A DNA stretch of 48,550 nucleotides from positions 1 through 48,550 of the IMG/VR virus record IMGVR_UViG_3300006810_014097, one strand, 5' to 3'. The notes under the pieces are model-generated. The model was given only the letters and a program-made list of their open reading frames with translations. It did not search any database and was not told where the DNA came from. The DNA comes from a virus. Taxonomy: Duplodnaviria > Caudoviricetes. A program made the translations under genes and the position numbers. Position 1 is the stretch's first letter, and each line of letters starts with the position of its first letter. Of this stretch, positions 19,163 to 27,324 are shown one piece after another.

Positions 19163-20482
19163 TCAGATTCTCAGGGTGGTTGCGGTGGCAGTGCGCTGGT
19201 TGATCGGGTAGCGCTTGACGATGAAGTAGCCTGCGGCGTCATTCATGTGGTCGTGACCCTTCTTCGGGTCTTTGTCCGGCTCGCCCTTGTCGGTGTAGGT
19301 CTGCCGCTCAAGGCACTGCGTGAGCTTCGGGCACTGGTCGATGTTGACCTTCAGCCGGCGCTCGCCGTAGGTGTTCAGGAACATAGCGTTCAGCGAGTTG
19401 ACGCGATCCTTGACGCTCGGGTTGGTCGAGTTCACCACTACGGTGAAGCCGGCCTTCTTGAGCAGGGAAAGGTCGGACTCGCTGGCGTTCTTGCTGCTGG
19501 TGTTCTGGCTGCTGGCGTCCGGGTAGACGGCGATGCCGTGGCCCTGGAACCTGGCCTGGATCTTCTCGATCATGTCCGGCGTGTCGCGCACGTCGTGGAA
19601 CTCGTCCAGGGCGAGAGGCAGGCCATCGCGAACCACGAACACCACGGCGGACATCTTCATCACGTTGAAGTCCATGCCGATATGAAGCGCTTCGGCCGGC
19701 TTGATGCGCTCAGTGGTAGAGCACTCACGACGGTCAAAGGTGTAGTAGACGACGCCCGAGTAGTTCTCGAAGCTGGCGTCGTACTCCTGCCGGAACGTCC
19801 GGGGGTCCATGGTGCGGCGAGCCGCTTCCAGTTCCTCAGCCGGGACGTTGCCGCCAGCGAGCGACGAGTATTGCCAGCTCTTGTGGTCCGGCTCGCCGCC
19901 TTCCTGCCCGTCACGGTAGGTGTCGTAGCAGTGGTTGAAGCCCTTTGGGGTGCCGATCCGCAGCGCGTGGCCGCCCTTGAAGGTGCCAACGCCTGGAATC
20001 GTGTACTGGCACGTCGAGAGCATCGGGCGCAGGACTTCTTCCCATGCTGCGTACTTGCAGTCTGCCCACTCGTCCACCAGCACGAAGAACAGGCCGGAGC
20101 CGCGTAGGTCGTCGTAGTTCTCAAGCCCCACGCAGCGGATCAGGTGGCCACTCTTCAGAGTGATCAGCATGTCCGTCTCGTTCGGCTTGCAGGCCCGCCA
20201 TGATTCCGGGATTGCCTGCTTCAGCCGGCGCCAGAACACTCGGCGCGCTTGCTTCTGCGTAGGAGCGGCGTACCAGATTTCATCCTCAACGCTGACGCCC
20301 CAGTGCACTGCCAGCCTGGCAGCCCTGCGCATCTCAGCCTTGCCCAGGAACGTCTTGCCGAACCGGCGACCGCACACCGCGTCACGGAAACGGGCGTTCG
20401 CCTGCCAGCCCCATACGTAGATGTTGGCCTGCTTCGGCGTCAGCTTGACCGGAGCTTCAGAGAACCGGGCTAGCTGGGACAT
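19163..20482 (-). CDS. Terminase large subunit
   Basis: Walker A CGRRFGKT, Walker B VLVDE, IGTPKG, nuclease GMDFN and DHMNDAAGY. Confidence 0.96.
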   Translation of the reverse strand: MSQLARFSEAPVKLTPKQANIYVWGWQANARFRDAVCGRRFGKTFLGKAEMRRAARLAVHWGVSVEDEIWYAAPTQKQARRVFWRRLKQAIPESWRACKPNETDMLITLKSGHLIRCVGLENYDDLRGSGLFFVLVDEWADCKYAAWEEVLRPMLSTCQYTIPGVGTFKGGHALRIGTPKGFNHCYDTYRDGQEGGEPDHKSWQYSSLAGGNVPAEELEAARRTMDPRTFRQEYDASFENYSGVVYYTFDRRECSTTERIKPAEALHIGMDFNVMKMSAVVFVVRDGLPLALDEFHDVRDTPDMIEKIQARFQGHGIAVYPDASSQNTSSKNASESDLSLLKKAGFTVVVNSTNPSVKDRVNSLNAMFLNTYGERRLKVNIDQCPKLTQCLERQTYTDKGEPDKDPKKGHDHMNDAAGYFIVKRYPINQRTATATTLRI

Positions 20483-20930
20483 CTTCGTCAGGGCTCAGGG
20501 TGTATTCGACAGACGGGATTGAATCGCCATCGCCGGGAGTGGTCGGCTGCGCTTCCTGCTTGCGGTTCACGTACATGTCACCGCATTCCTTCGCAGCCTG
20601 CTCGAGCACCTGCAGTGCAAGGCGAGCGTTGCGGCTGCTCTCGGCCTTCTCGACCAGTCGCCCCAGCATCCGGAGCCGGTACGATCGATTGGCGATTGGG
20701 ATCTCGGCGGTATCCTCTCGGAACCGCTTGCGGGTGTCGTGGAACAGCGTCACCCACTTGGCGGCCAATCCCTTTCCTGAAACCTTGGTCGGGTCGTGCG
20801 ACTCCACCTGCTGGCGGCTCACCTCGACGCCGTAATCGTTCTTGACTGCCTCTGCTACTTGAGAGGGCGTGTCAAAACAGGCAAGGGCCTGAACTATGAA
20901 GCCCTTGACCTCATTGCTCAAAGCTGCCAT
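20457..20930 (-). CDS. Terminase small subunit (DUF2280-like)
   Basis: FIVQALACFDTPSQVAEAVK...IPIAN..YRL...LEQAAKE; overlaps TerL. Confidence 0.88.
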   Translation of the reverse strand: MAALSNEVKGFIVQALACFDTPSQVAEAVKNDYGVEVSRQQVESHDPTKVSGKGLAAKWVTLFHDTRKRFREDTAEIPIANRSYRLRMLGRLVEKAESSRNARLALQVLEQAAKECGDMYVNRKQEAQPTTPGDGDSIPSVEYTLSPDEDVPASPVL

Positions 20931-20961
20931 CGGCTATCACCTGTCCAGTGCCTGTCCAAAC

Positions 20962-21585
20962 TCAGGCCGACTTCAGTAGGCAGGTTCCGCAGGCCCTCGC
21001 AATGTTGATCTTGGCCACCTCGGGCGCCTTGTTGGCTGCCTCAACCATGGCCTTAACGCCTTCGCTCGCACCGTACCGGCGAACGACACCAACGAACTCT
21101 TCCACGTCATGGCCGCGCAGCTTCAGCTTGGGCTGGCCTTCGTCGGTGAACTGCGGCTCACCTTCAGAGTTGGTCTTCTGTTCCATGTGGTACAGCTCAT
21201 GCTCTACCAGGGCGCAGAACTCAGCATCAGAGCACTCTGCGCAGTAATCGGCGGCCAGGGTAATCAGGAAGCTCGGCACGTAGCCGAACCACTGCAGCAT
21301 CTGCTGCTCCTGCCTGCCCTTCTGCCAGGCGCCACAGCGAAAGGTCACGTCCTCACACTGGCCCAGCACCCAGCGGCCTTGCTTCTCGAATCCACCGGCA
21401 GCCCAAAGGAAAGCGATTGGCGCATCCTTCAGGTGTGCGTGGTCTTCGTTGAACAGCGGAGCGCCCTCGATCACGAAGGTGCCCATAGCCCACTGCAGTA
21501 CTTCAGGTGCCGGTATGTAAGCGTCTGCCCAGTCCTTGCCATCGGCGAACTGGCCAATGGTCTCTGGTGGCATTGGGCGCGTCAC
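20962..21585 (-). CDS. Putative phage metallopeptidase
   Basis: HELYH (HExxH) plus HDVEEFVGVVRRYG; common upstream of TerS. Confidence 0.85.
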   Translation of the reverse strand: MTRPMPPETIGQFADGKDWADAYIPAPEVLQWAMGTFVIEGAPLFNEDHAHLKDAPIAFLWAAGGFEKQGRWVLGQCEDVTFRCGAWQKGRQEQQMLQWFGYVPSFLITLAADYCAECSDAEFCALVEHELYHMEQKTNSEGEPQFTDEGQPKLKLRGHDVEEFVGVVRRYGASEGVKAMVEAANKAPEVAKINIARACGTCLLKSA

Positions 21586-21749
21586 GCCTTCCGCCCCTCG
21601 ATTTTGATACGAATCGCCTTGTCAGCCATGCGCTCGACTTTCTGCCAGTCAGGCTCAAGGCCGGTCAGCCAGGCAGTCAGTAGCAGGCCACAGGCATATG
21701 GGCGCCACCACCAGGCAAGGCTGAAGGTGATAACTCCGTACTTGGCCAT
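21582..21749 (-). CDS. Small hypothetical protein (55 aa; not in ORF track)
   Basis: MAKYGVITFSLAWWWRPY...EGRKA; translationally coupled on both sides. Confidence 0.6.
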   Translation of the reverse strand: MAKYGVITFSLAWWWRPYACGLLLTAWLTGLEPDWQKVERMADKAIRIKIEGRKA

Positions 21750-22045
21750 CACTCAAACCACCCGGTCGCTTCGTTACCGCAGCCACGGCAATACACAGCG
21801 CCGCTGGCATGTCCAGGCTTGCGAGAGATGTAGAAGTCGAAGCTGCCGCAATTGCATTTAAAGCTTTCATCGCCTTCGCAAGGGCCGAAAGGATGCTTGA
21901 ACGCTCCACGGTGAGTTGCGTATTCCGGGCACTCAAGTTGAGTTGTTCCGGCCGGCGCAGTCGCCACCCATTCGTGACGGCAGTTACCGCATATGGCGTC
22001 ACCTACCGAATGGCGAGTTTTCGGCTTCAGCTCGACGACGCTCAT
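21749..22045 (-). CDS. Cys-rich zinc-binding hypothetical protein
   Basis: CGNC, CPE, CNC and CRGC motifs; coupled to its neighbours. Confidence 0.65.
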   Translation of the reverse strand: MSVVELKPKTRHSVGDAICGNCRHEWVATAPAGTTQLECPEYATHRGAFKHPFGPCEGDESFKCNCGSFDFYISRKPGHASGAVYCRGCGNEATGWFE

Positions 22046-22215
22046 GCCAACGCCCAACCAGCCATCAGCCCCAGGCTGTAGATCAGCGCAACGCAGATCA
22101 GGAACATGGCAGCCATGAAGCGTACCCAGGCGACGAGATAGTCATCAGTGCGAAACGACAGGCGCCAGAACACCACCGCAGCGATGAACATGAGTGCGGG
22201 GATTAGCCAGGGCAT
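22042..22215 (-). CDS. Small two-TM membrane protein (57 aa; not in ORF track)
   Basis: MPWLIPALMFIAAVVFW...GLMAGWALA; AGGAG SD; directly after the holin. Confidence 0.6.
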   Translation of the reverse strand: MPWLIPALMFIAAVVFWRLSFRTDDYLVAWVRFMAAMFLICVALIYSLGLMAGWALA

Positions 22216-22236
22216 GTCAGCCAGCTCCTACGCCAG

Positions 22237-22632
22237 TCATTTCCACACCGCCTGCTTGATATCGCGAATCATGTCGATGAAGCCAGTGCCTTGGCTGCGC
22301 ACCTCGGCATATGCGTAGAAAGCGCGAACCATGATCCAGGCAGGAAGGCCACAGGCAAACACCACGCCAGCCAAAGCGACCAGGCCAACGTAGTCATGCG
22401 CCCATCCAATCAGACCGAGCTTCATCACGACGAAGGCCCCGCCGCCAAGGCTGGACACCACCGTGCTAATCAGCGCCACCAAGAACTCTTTCACCGTCTT
22501 CGGCAGGGTCATGGCCATCACGACGATGGTTGCGAGAACTACCGCCAGGACGATAAGGCAAGTGGCCAGCTTCCACAGGAGGAATCCACCCGCAGTTGTC
22601 GATGCTGGCTCTGTCATGGTTGGCAATCTCAT
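22237..22632 (-). CDS. Putative holin (3 TM)
   Basis: MTEPAST...; three hydrophobic segments and a charged C-terminus; in the late operon ahead of the terminase; possible starts 22638, 22632, 22617. Confidence 0.65.
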   Translation of the reverse strand: MRLPTMTEPASTTAGGFLLWKLATCLIVLAVVLATIVVMAMTLPKTVKEFLVALISTVVSSLGGGAFVVMKLGLIGWAHDYVGLVALAGVVFACGLPAWIMVRAFYAYAEVRSQGTGFIDMIRDIKQAVWK

Positions 22633-22671
22633 AGGCATTTCCTGGCCCTTCGCCGGGCCGGCACTGCGAGG

Positions 22672-22695
22672 AATAAAAGGCCGACCGAAGCCGGC
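22672..22695 (-). terminator. Terminator-like hairpin upstream of the holin
   Basis: GCCGGC-TTCG-GTCGGC followed by CTTTTATT. Confidence 0.65.
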
Positions 22696-22731
22696 AAGAC
22701 TGCTTGGGAGCAGCGGAGTAATAAGCACCCG

Positions 22732-22889
22732 CACGATTTGAGCATCGCCCTTTCGGGCCAGCACTACCGGTACGACCAGCGTTCTAGGCTTGGCGGGTAA
22801 TAGGAAGCCCACCAGTTGGCTCAACCTTTCGATGAATTCGGCTGGTCGGCGGGCTAAATCGTGGCGCCTACCTGGATCAGGCAGTCGCT
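22732..22889 (-). ncRNA. Candidate multibranch structured RNA in the late leader
   Basis: Nested stems CACGATTT/AAATCGTG, CGACCAGC/GCTGGTCG and TGGTGGG/CCCGCCA; two GAAA-capped hairpins. Confidence 0.5.
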
Positions 22890-23069
22890 CTAAATGGCGT
22901 TCTTGGCTTCGTCATCAAGCGGCAGCGGGATCTCGGAGACTGCTTTGGCGCAGTACTCCATACGCTGCATGACGCGCTCTGATGCAACGCGGCTGAAGGC
23001 AACCTGATAGGGCTCAGGCTGAGCCGCGCAACCGGATAGCAGCACGGCCAACAGAGCGAGTCTGTGCAT
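22890..23069 (-). CDS. Small lipoprotein
   Basis: MHRLALLAVLLSG-C lipobox; GGAGG SD. Confidence 0.75.
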   Translation of the reverse strand: MHRLALLAVLLSGCAAQPEPYQVAFSRVASERVMQRMEYCAKAVSEIPLPLDDEAKNAI

Positions 23070-23080
23070 GCTGCCTCCAG

Positions 23081-23112
23081 AAACGAAAAGCCCCGGCACT
23101 GGCCAGGGCTTC
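23081..23112 (-). terminator. tR'-like terminator downstream of the late promoter
   Basis: AGCCCTGGC-CAGT-GCCGGGGCT followed by TTTCGTTT. Confidence 0.8.
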
Positions 23113-23150
23113 AAAATTGCTTTCGCGCAAAATCCGCAAAATACCAGCTA

Positions 23151-23179
23151 TTTATACCCTCTCTATGCAAGCGTTGCAA
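23151..23179 (-). promoter_or_regulatory. Late promoter (pR'-like), sigma70
   Basis: TTGCAA-N17-TATAAA, downstream of the Q-like gene and ~40 bp upstream of a terminator. Confidence 0.75.
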
Positions 23180-23666
23180 TATCCACTTTGAGGGCTTTCA
23201 TGATGCCTCGATGTCCTTCATCAATAGCCGCTTCAACAACAGCCAATACCTCGTCAGTGGCCTTGAACCACTCGCCATGGCTCTTGTGCTCCTTTAGCTG
23301 CTTATGCAGGAATTTCTCCAGCTCAGGGAAGAAGCGCACTTGCGCTAAAAGGTTCAGCTCGGCAGGAGATCCTGAACGCAAGCTGCTAAGCCTGGCGTTG
23401 ACGTCTGTAGCCTTTCCGATCTTGATAAGCCCCTGATTTGGAGCGCTCACAAAGTAGATGTTGGTAGCGGCGCGAACCGCGCGAAACATCCGGCGTTTTG
23501 TTTCCTCGTCCAACTCGATGCGCTCTTTCCGCTCTAGCTTTTGCTCAAGCTCAAGCATTAGCTCGATATCCTCAAACATCGCTTTGCACATGCCGGAATA
23601 GTTCGAGTATGCCGGGATCGGATAAGGCGCAGTCCAGTTGGCTTTAAGCTGCTTCGACATGAGCAT
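23163..23666 (-). CDS. T5orf172/MUG113 (GIY-YIG-like) domain protein
   Basis: IYFV...IKIGKATDVNARLSSL..GSP...LEKFLHKQL...GEWF. Confidence 0.85.
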   Translation of the reverse strand: MLMSKQLKANWTAPYPIPAYSNYSGMCKAMFEDIELMLELEQKLERKERIELDEETKRRMFRAVRAATNIYFVSAPNQGLIKIGKATDVNARLSSLRSGSPAELNLLAQVRFFPELEKFLHKQLKEHKSHGEWFKATDEVLAVVEAAIDEGHRGIMKALKVDIATLA

Positions 23667-23940
23667 GGTAGGCCCTCATGAATTCTTCGATATAACGCTT
23701 CAACACTTCAGGGGAGATCGACAAGTCATTCCACAGGTAAAGGCGCTTGATCAGCTTGCGGGTCGACTCATCGCAGCGCGCGATAGACATGTCGATGGCA
23801 AGGCACGTGGTGTCATCCATGAGCGGATGCCCTGTCGATTTGCGGCGATCCAGGCTGGTGCCCATGTACTCGCTTTTCACCCAACGCGCCCATTCATTCA
23901 GGAGCCAGTCCGCGTACTGGAAATCGCTGTCTGTGATCAT
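23644..23940 (-). CDS. Q-like antiterminator (short)
   Basis: LLNEWARWV...MDD...AID.SIAR...YLW pattern; position at the end of the nin region, before pR'. Confidence 0.6.
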   Translation of the reverse strand: MITDSDFQYADWLLNEWARWVKSEYMGTSLDRRKSTGHPLMDDTTCLAIDMSIARCDESTRKLIKRLYLWNDLSISPEVLKRYIEEFMRAYHAHVEAA

Positions 23941-25067
23941 GCTGCCCCCTTGAGCATGTCCGGTGAAATTGTCAGGCGCCCAACCTCGCCGTACTGGCGG
24001 TGATAGGTGATCACCTTGGCGTCACGTCCGCTGATCCACCCTCCCCGACTGGCGTATGCATCTGCTGCGGCCAGGGTGCGGTGCTGCTCCACGATCATCA
24101 GGTTGTTTTCCTTGATGTCGACGTGGTGCAGGTGGCCCATGTGGGCGTAGCTGTGCTTGGTACGGCCGAACACGTCGCGGAACTTGGCCACGAACACGTC
24201 CGATACGTTCGCCGGCTTGCGGCGGTGGCCATGGTGGAAGTACAGGGCCGTCTGGCCGAACTCGTAGCAGTAGTAGGGATCGGGGCTGCGGTCGACGGTA
24301 ATACGCGGCTCGTTCTCGTAGAGCACGGCGAACCACTCGCGCAGCCAGACGCTTGAGGCCATGTCGTGATTGCCTTCGGCCATGAGCACATGAACGCGCT
24401 GGTGCTTGCTCAGCAGCATATCGATGACCTGGCGCAGCACGCGGATTGCCACCCTGACCAGTTTCTGAAACCGGGTGTCGGCGTCCAGCAAGTGTCCACT
24501 GCTGGGCGTGACAGCATCAAGGCCATCCCAGTGCATCAGGTCGCCGAGCTGGGCGAACACCGCAGTGTCGGCGTACGGTGCCTGCTGGATGGCGCTGGCG
24601 AACCACGAAACAAGCAGGTCCTCGGCCTTGCGCAGATCGTAGTCATCGCCCCGTGTTTCCTCATGCCAGGCCAGCATGCCAAGGTGGTGGTCGGTGATCA
24701 CGAAGCAGTTCAACAGGTCGGAGTTGCCGTGCGGCGGCTCAGCCATCAGCGATACACGCGGGATTTCCTCGCCCATGGCCTGGATTGCCTCCTGCATCAG
24801 AGCCATCTGCCGATCATGGTCGATGCTCGACTTCACCCATTGAAGCTTGGGCTTTCCCTCAGCGTCATACAGGGTTGAGGTGCCTTTCAGGTGGAAGCCA
24901 TCCGGCACCATCTTCGTCATGTCGTGCTCGGGGCTGAATCCACGCTTGGCCAGCAGCGCCTTGCGTCGCCACAGCGTTCTGCTGTCGATCCCAAGGTACT
25001 CTGCCGCTGCCCTGCCGCTCATCGTCTGCAATGCCTCGATGATCTGCTCGTCGGTCACCTTTCGCAT
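23937..25067 (-). CDS. HTH + calcineurin-like metallophosphoesterase
   Basis: N-terminal HTH (GRAAAEYLGIDSRTL); motifs TDHH, GD, GNHD, HHGH, GHLH. Confidence 0.85.
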   Translation of the reverse strand: MRKVTDEQIIEALQTMSGRAAAEYLGIDSRTLWRRKALLAKRGFSPEHDMTKMVPDGFHLKGTSTLYDAEGKPKLQWVKSSIDHDRQMALMQEAIQAMGEEIPRVSLMAEPPHGNSDLLNCFVITDHHLGMLAWHEETRGDDYDLRKAEDLLVSWFASAIQQAPYADTAVFAQLGDLMHWDGLDAVTPSSGHLLDADTRFQKLVRVAIRVLRQVIDMLLSKHQRVHVLMAEGNHDMASSVWLREWFAVLYENEPRITVDRSPDPYYCYEFGQTALYFHHGHRRKPANVSDVFVAKFRDVFGRTKHSYAHMGHLHHVDIKENNLMIVEQHRTLAAADAYASRGGWISGRDAKVITYHRQYGEVGRLTISPDMLKGAA

Positions 25068-25068
25068 G

Positions 25069-25347
25069 TCACTTCCCCTCTGCCAGTGCTTCAGCCTTGA
25101 GGGCTGAGTAGGCTATGCCGTCTTCGGCTGAATCGGCGTGGTAGCGGCCAGGGTTCTGCCACTGGCGGGCGTCCTTCAGCTGCTGGAGCAGAAGCCAGCC
25201 TTCCGATTCCTTGAGGTCGCGACCAGTTATTGCATTGAATGCACGCACTGCCCGACCCATGGACCTCTCGCCCTCTGGCTTGTCGTACTCCTTGCCTCGC
25301 TCTTCCATGATCGAAGCGGCCCTGTGCAGCAGCTCTGGCGCTTTCAT
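25069..25347 (-). CDS. DUF6378-like hypothetical protein
   Basis: ERGKEYD...ERSM...FNAITG...LKDARQ...DSAEDGIAY. Confidence 0.75.
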   Translation of the reverse strand: MKAPELLHRAASIMEERGKEYDKPEGERSMGRAVRAFNAITGRDLKESEGWLLLQQLKDARQWQNPGRYHADSAEDGIAYSALKAEALAEGK

Positions 25348-25475
25348 TGGTTGGCTTCTCCAAAGATCCGGTCAAAGGTTTTCCAGAAGTACGCATGGCG
25401 CGCCAGGCTAAAAGTGATCAGCTTCCTGCGCATGGATTTGTCGCGCTTCTCCATCAGCAGCTCTCTCGGGCTCAT
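25344..25475 (-). CDS. Small hypothetical protein (43 aa; not in ORF track)
   Basis: MSPRELLMEKRDK...GEANQ; coupled to both neighbours. Confidence 0.5.
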   Translation of the reverse strand: MSPRELLMEKRDKSMRRKLITFSLARHAYFWKTFDRIFGEANQ

Positions 25476-25834
25476 CAGAATTCCTCCACCTTCCAGCCGC
25501 CACCGGCTTTCTTAGATTGCGCTTTCACTGCCACGATTCGGAACGGGTACTGATCGGCCGCGACCTTCGTCTTGACCCTCGCGTCGTCAGTCCAGAAGCC
25601 CTTAACCTCATGCAGTTCCATCAGACCGTCAGCGCGCATGACTGCAAAGTCGGGCGTGTAGAAGGTGTTGTCGGCCAGACGCAGCTTGATGCCTTCAAAG
25701 CGGTACCAGGCAATCTCACCCGTGAGCTGTTTGTGCTTCAGGTGAGCTTCATATGCTGCTTCTGTCTTGTTCATCTGGCCGACCTTGAGACGACCAAGCG
25801 CCTGCATTGCGCCCTTTGCGCGGGAGTTGGTCAT
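25475..25834 (-). CDS. DUF1064-like PD-(D/E)XK endonuclease
   Basis: MNKTEAAY...YTPDF...HEVKG motif. Confidence 0.85.
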   Translation of the reverse strand: MTNSRAKGAMQALGRLKVGQMNKTEAAYEAHLKHKQLTGEIAWYRFEGIKLRLADNTFYTPDFAVMRADGLMELHEVKGFWTDDARVKTKVAADQYPFRIVAVKAQSKKAGGGWKVEEF

Positions 25835-25989
25835 TGCACCCACCACTCAATTGAGAAAAGCAGGGCTGTGGCTGTTCCGAACTGGACAAATCCGAAAAAC
25901 CGATCGATTGCCTTTTCGGAAAAGCACTCAGCAAACCCCATGATTTGCATCCAGGCGATTAGCAGATAACACAGCGCTTGGTAGGTCAT
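25831..25989 (-). CDS. Small membrane protein (52 aa; not in ORF track)
   Basis: MTYQALCYLLIAWMQ...EWWVQ; ATGA overlaps at both ends. Confidence 0.5.
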   Translation of the reverse strand: MTYQALCYLLIAWMQIMGFAECFSEKAIDRFFGFVQFGTATALLFSIEWWVQ

Positions 25990-26201
25990 GCCGGCTCATC
26001 CCCATCCAGAATCATGACCAGAGGGCCCATTGTTGCTTCGGAGCAGATCTCGGCGAATGCATCGCTGATGAAGACCTGCAGTAGATCGAGGCCGCGATAC
26101 TTCTCCAGCACCTGGCGCAGCTCATCCATCATCGATTCGTGCATCGCCAGTTGATTGGCCAGCCGATCCGGCTTCACGTTCAGCGGGGTGACTTTGCTCA
26201 T
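25986..26201 (-). CDS. Hypothetical protein
   Basis: Coupled ORF in the nin region. Confidence 0.6.
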   Translation of the reverse strand: MSKVTPLNVKPDRLANQLAMHESMMDELRQVLEKYRGLDLLQVFISDAFAEICSEATMGPLVMILDGDEPA

Positions 26202-26467
26202 GGTGCCTCCCATACGCCGATATACCCATCGACTTGGTTATGGCCGCAGCAGCAGCCAGTTGTGACCACCCCCAGAGCCCACAGGGCTTGCACGGCATCT
26301 GCAATGCAACTGTCGACACAGGTCGTATCACGGAACTGCAGGCAGCCAATGTTGCGGACCCGCAGCATGTGATCGGGAGTCTTAAGTTCGACCTGGTTGG
26401 TGTAATCGCCAGGGTGCACATCAGAGCAGGCGCACCCTTTCGGAATGCGGATATTGAAATCAGGCAT
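26198..26467 (-). CDS. Cys-rich hypothetical protein
   Basis: VDSCIADAVQALWALGVVTTGCCCGH; coupled ORF. Confidence 0.65.
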   Translation of the reverse strand: MPDFNIRIPKGCACSDVHPGDYTNQVELKTPDHMLRVRNIGCLQFRDTTCVDSCIADAVQALWALGVVTTGCCCGHNQVDGYIGVWEAP

Positions 26468-26654
26468 CGGACACCATCCTTTGCGTTTGCATGTGGAAGT
26501 GACCGGCCAGGGCGGCGACGATGAAGCCTTGAGGTACGCCGGCCTGCTTGGCTTCGTCGATGGCCCTGATGATCGACTGCTCCATCTCAACGAAGGCGGT
26601 CTGCTCCTGGCGGGTGACGATTCCGCCCGGCGATAGGGTTCTGACGTTGCTCAT
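26460..26654 (-). CDS. Hypothetical protein
   Basis: Coupled ORF with GGAGG SD. Confidence 0.65.
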   Translation of the reverse strand: MSNVRTLSPGGIVTRQEQTAFVEMEQSIIRAIDEAKQAGVPQGFIVAALAGHFHMQTQRMVSDA

Positions 26655-26965
26655 GCAGCCTCCTGTTTAAACGCGGCGGCGACGATGAAGAACTGCACCA
26701 TGAATGAGGATGCAGCCAGAAAGGTGTGGCCGCTTTGGATGAGCGCATAGACAGCAAAAATTCCGCTTGGGAGTACAAGCCAGAAATTTCTACGGATTCT
26801 TGCGGCCACCTCCTTGTCCATAACCCCAAGCAGTACGCCAGACCAAGAAAGGAAATTCATGGCCGCACACACGTAGAAAGCAAACTCTGCAACGAGCTCA
26901 TCACCAAACAGCAAGCACAGGCTAAGCGCAGTAGAAATCAGTATTGAGATCAGAGCGTTTTTCAT
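26651..26965 (-). CDS. Hypothetical membrane protein (~4 TM)
   Basis: Hydrophobic segments; ATGA coupling. Confidence 0.65.
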   Translation of the reverse strand: MKNALISILISTALSLCLLFGDELVAEFAFYVCAAMNFLSWSGVLLGVMDKEVAARIRRNFWLVLPSGIFAVYALIQSGHTFLAASSFMVQFFIVAAAFKQEAA

Positions 26966-27324
26966 GCCGCCTCCTTCAGCCCGAAGAGGGCCTGAATAGT
27001 CACTGGAACCTTGAAGCCCATCTGCTGGAGCTGGATTGCGCATTCGATCATCAGCTCGCGCTGGGTGCCGTAGCGCGCTTCAAAGCGGGCTTTGTACGGG
27101 TGGACGGCGATCAGGCCAGCGAGACCTGTGCCGTCTTGATGGTGGCCAGCGCACAGCGGCAGAACGAGCCAGTGCGCGTTTGGCTTGGTGCGGCCGTCGA
27201 CGTGGTGGATTGAGACGTGGAAGTTGCGGGCGCCGAACTCCTTGAAGCAGGCGATGCAACCCACGTGCTGGGCGAGCATGTCGTGGTAGCGCTTCTGATC
27301 GGCGCTGACGGTGCGACCTTTCAT
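26962..27324 (-). CDS. Ref-like (recombination enhancement) HNH nuclease
   Basis: GCIAC...IHH.DGRTKP.AH..VLPLC..HHQ motif. Confidence 0.8.
   Translation of the reverse strand: MKGRTVSADQKRYHDMLAQHVGCIACFKEFGARNFHVSIHHVDGRTKPNAHWLVLPLCAGHHQDGTGLAGLIAVHPYKARFEARYGTQRELMIECAIQLQQMGFKVPVTIQALFGLKEAA

Noticed and set aside
22639-22824. N-terminal extension of the holin ORF
   Set aside because: TTG start; runs through a structured region and a terminator-like hairpin
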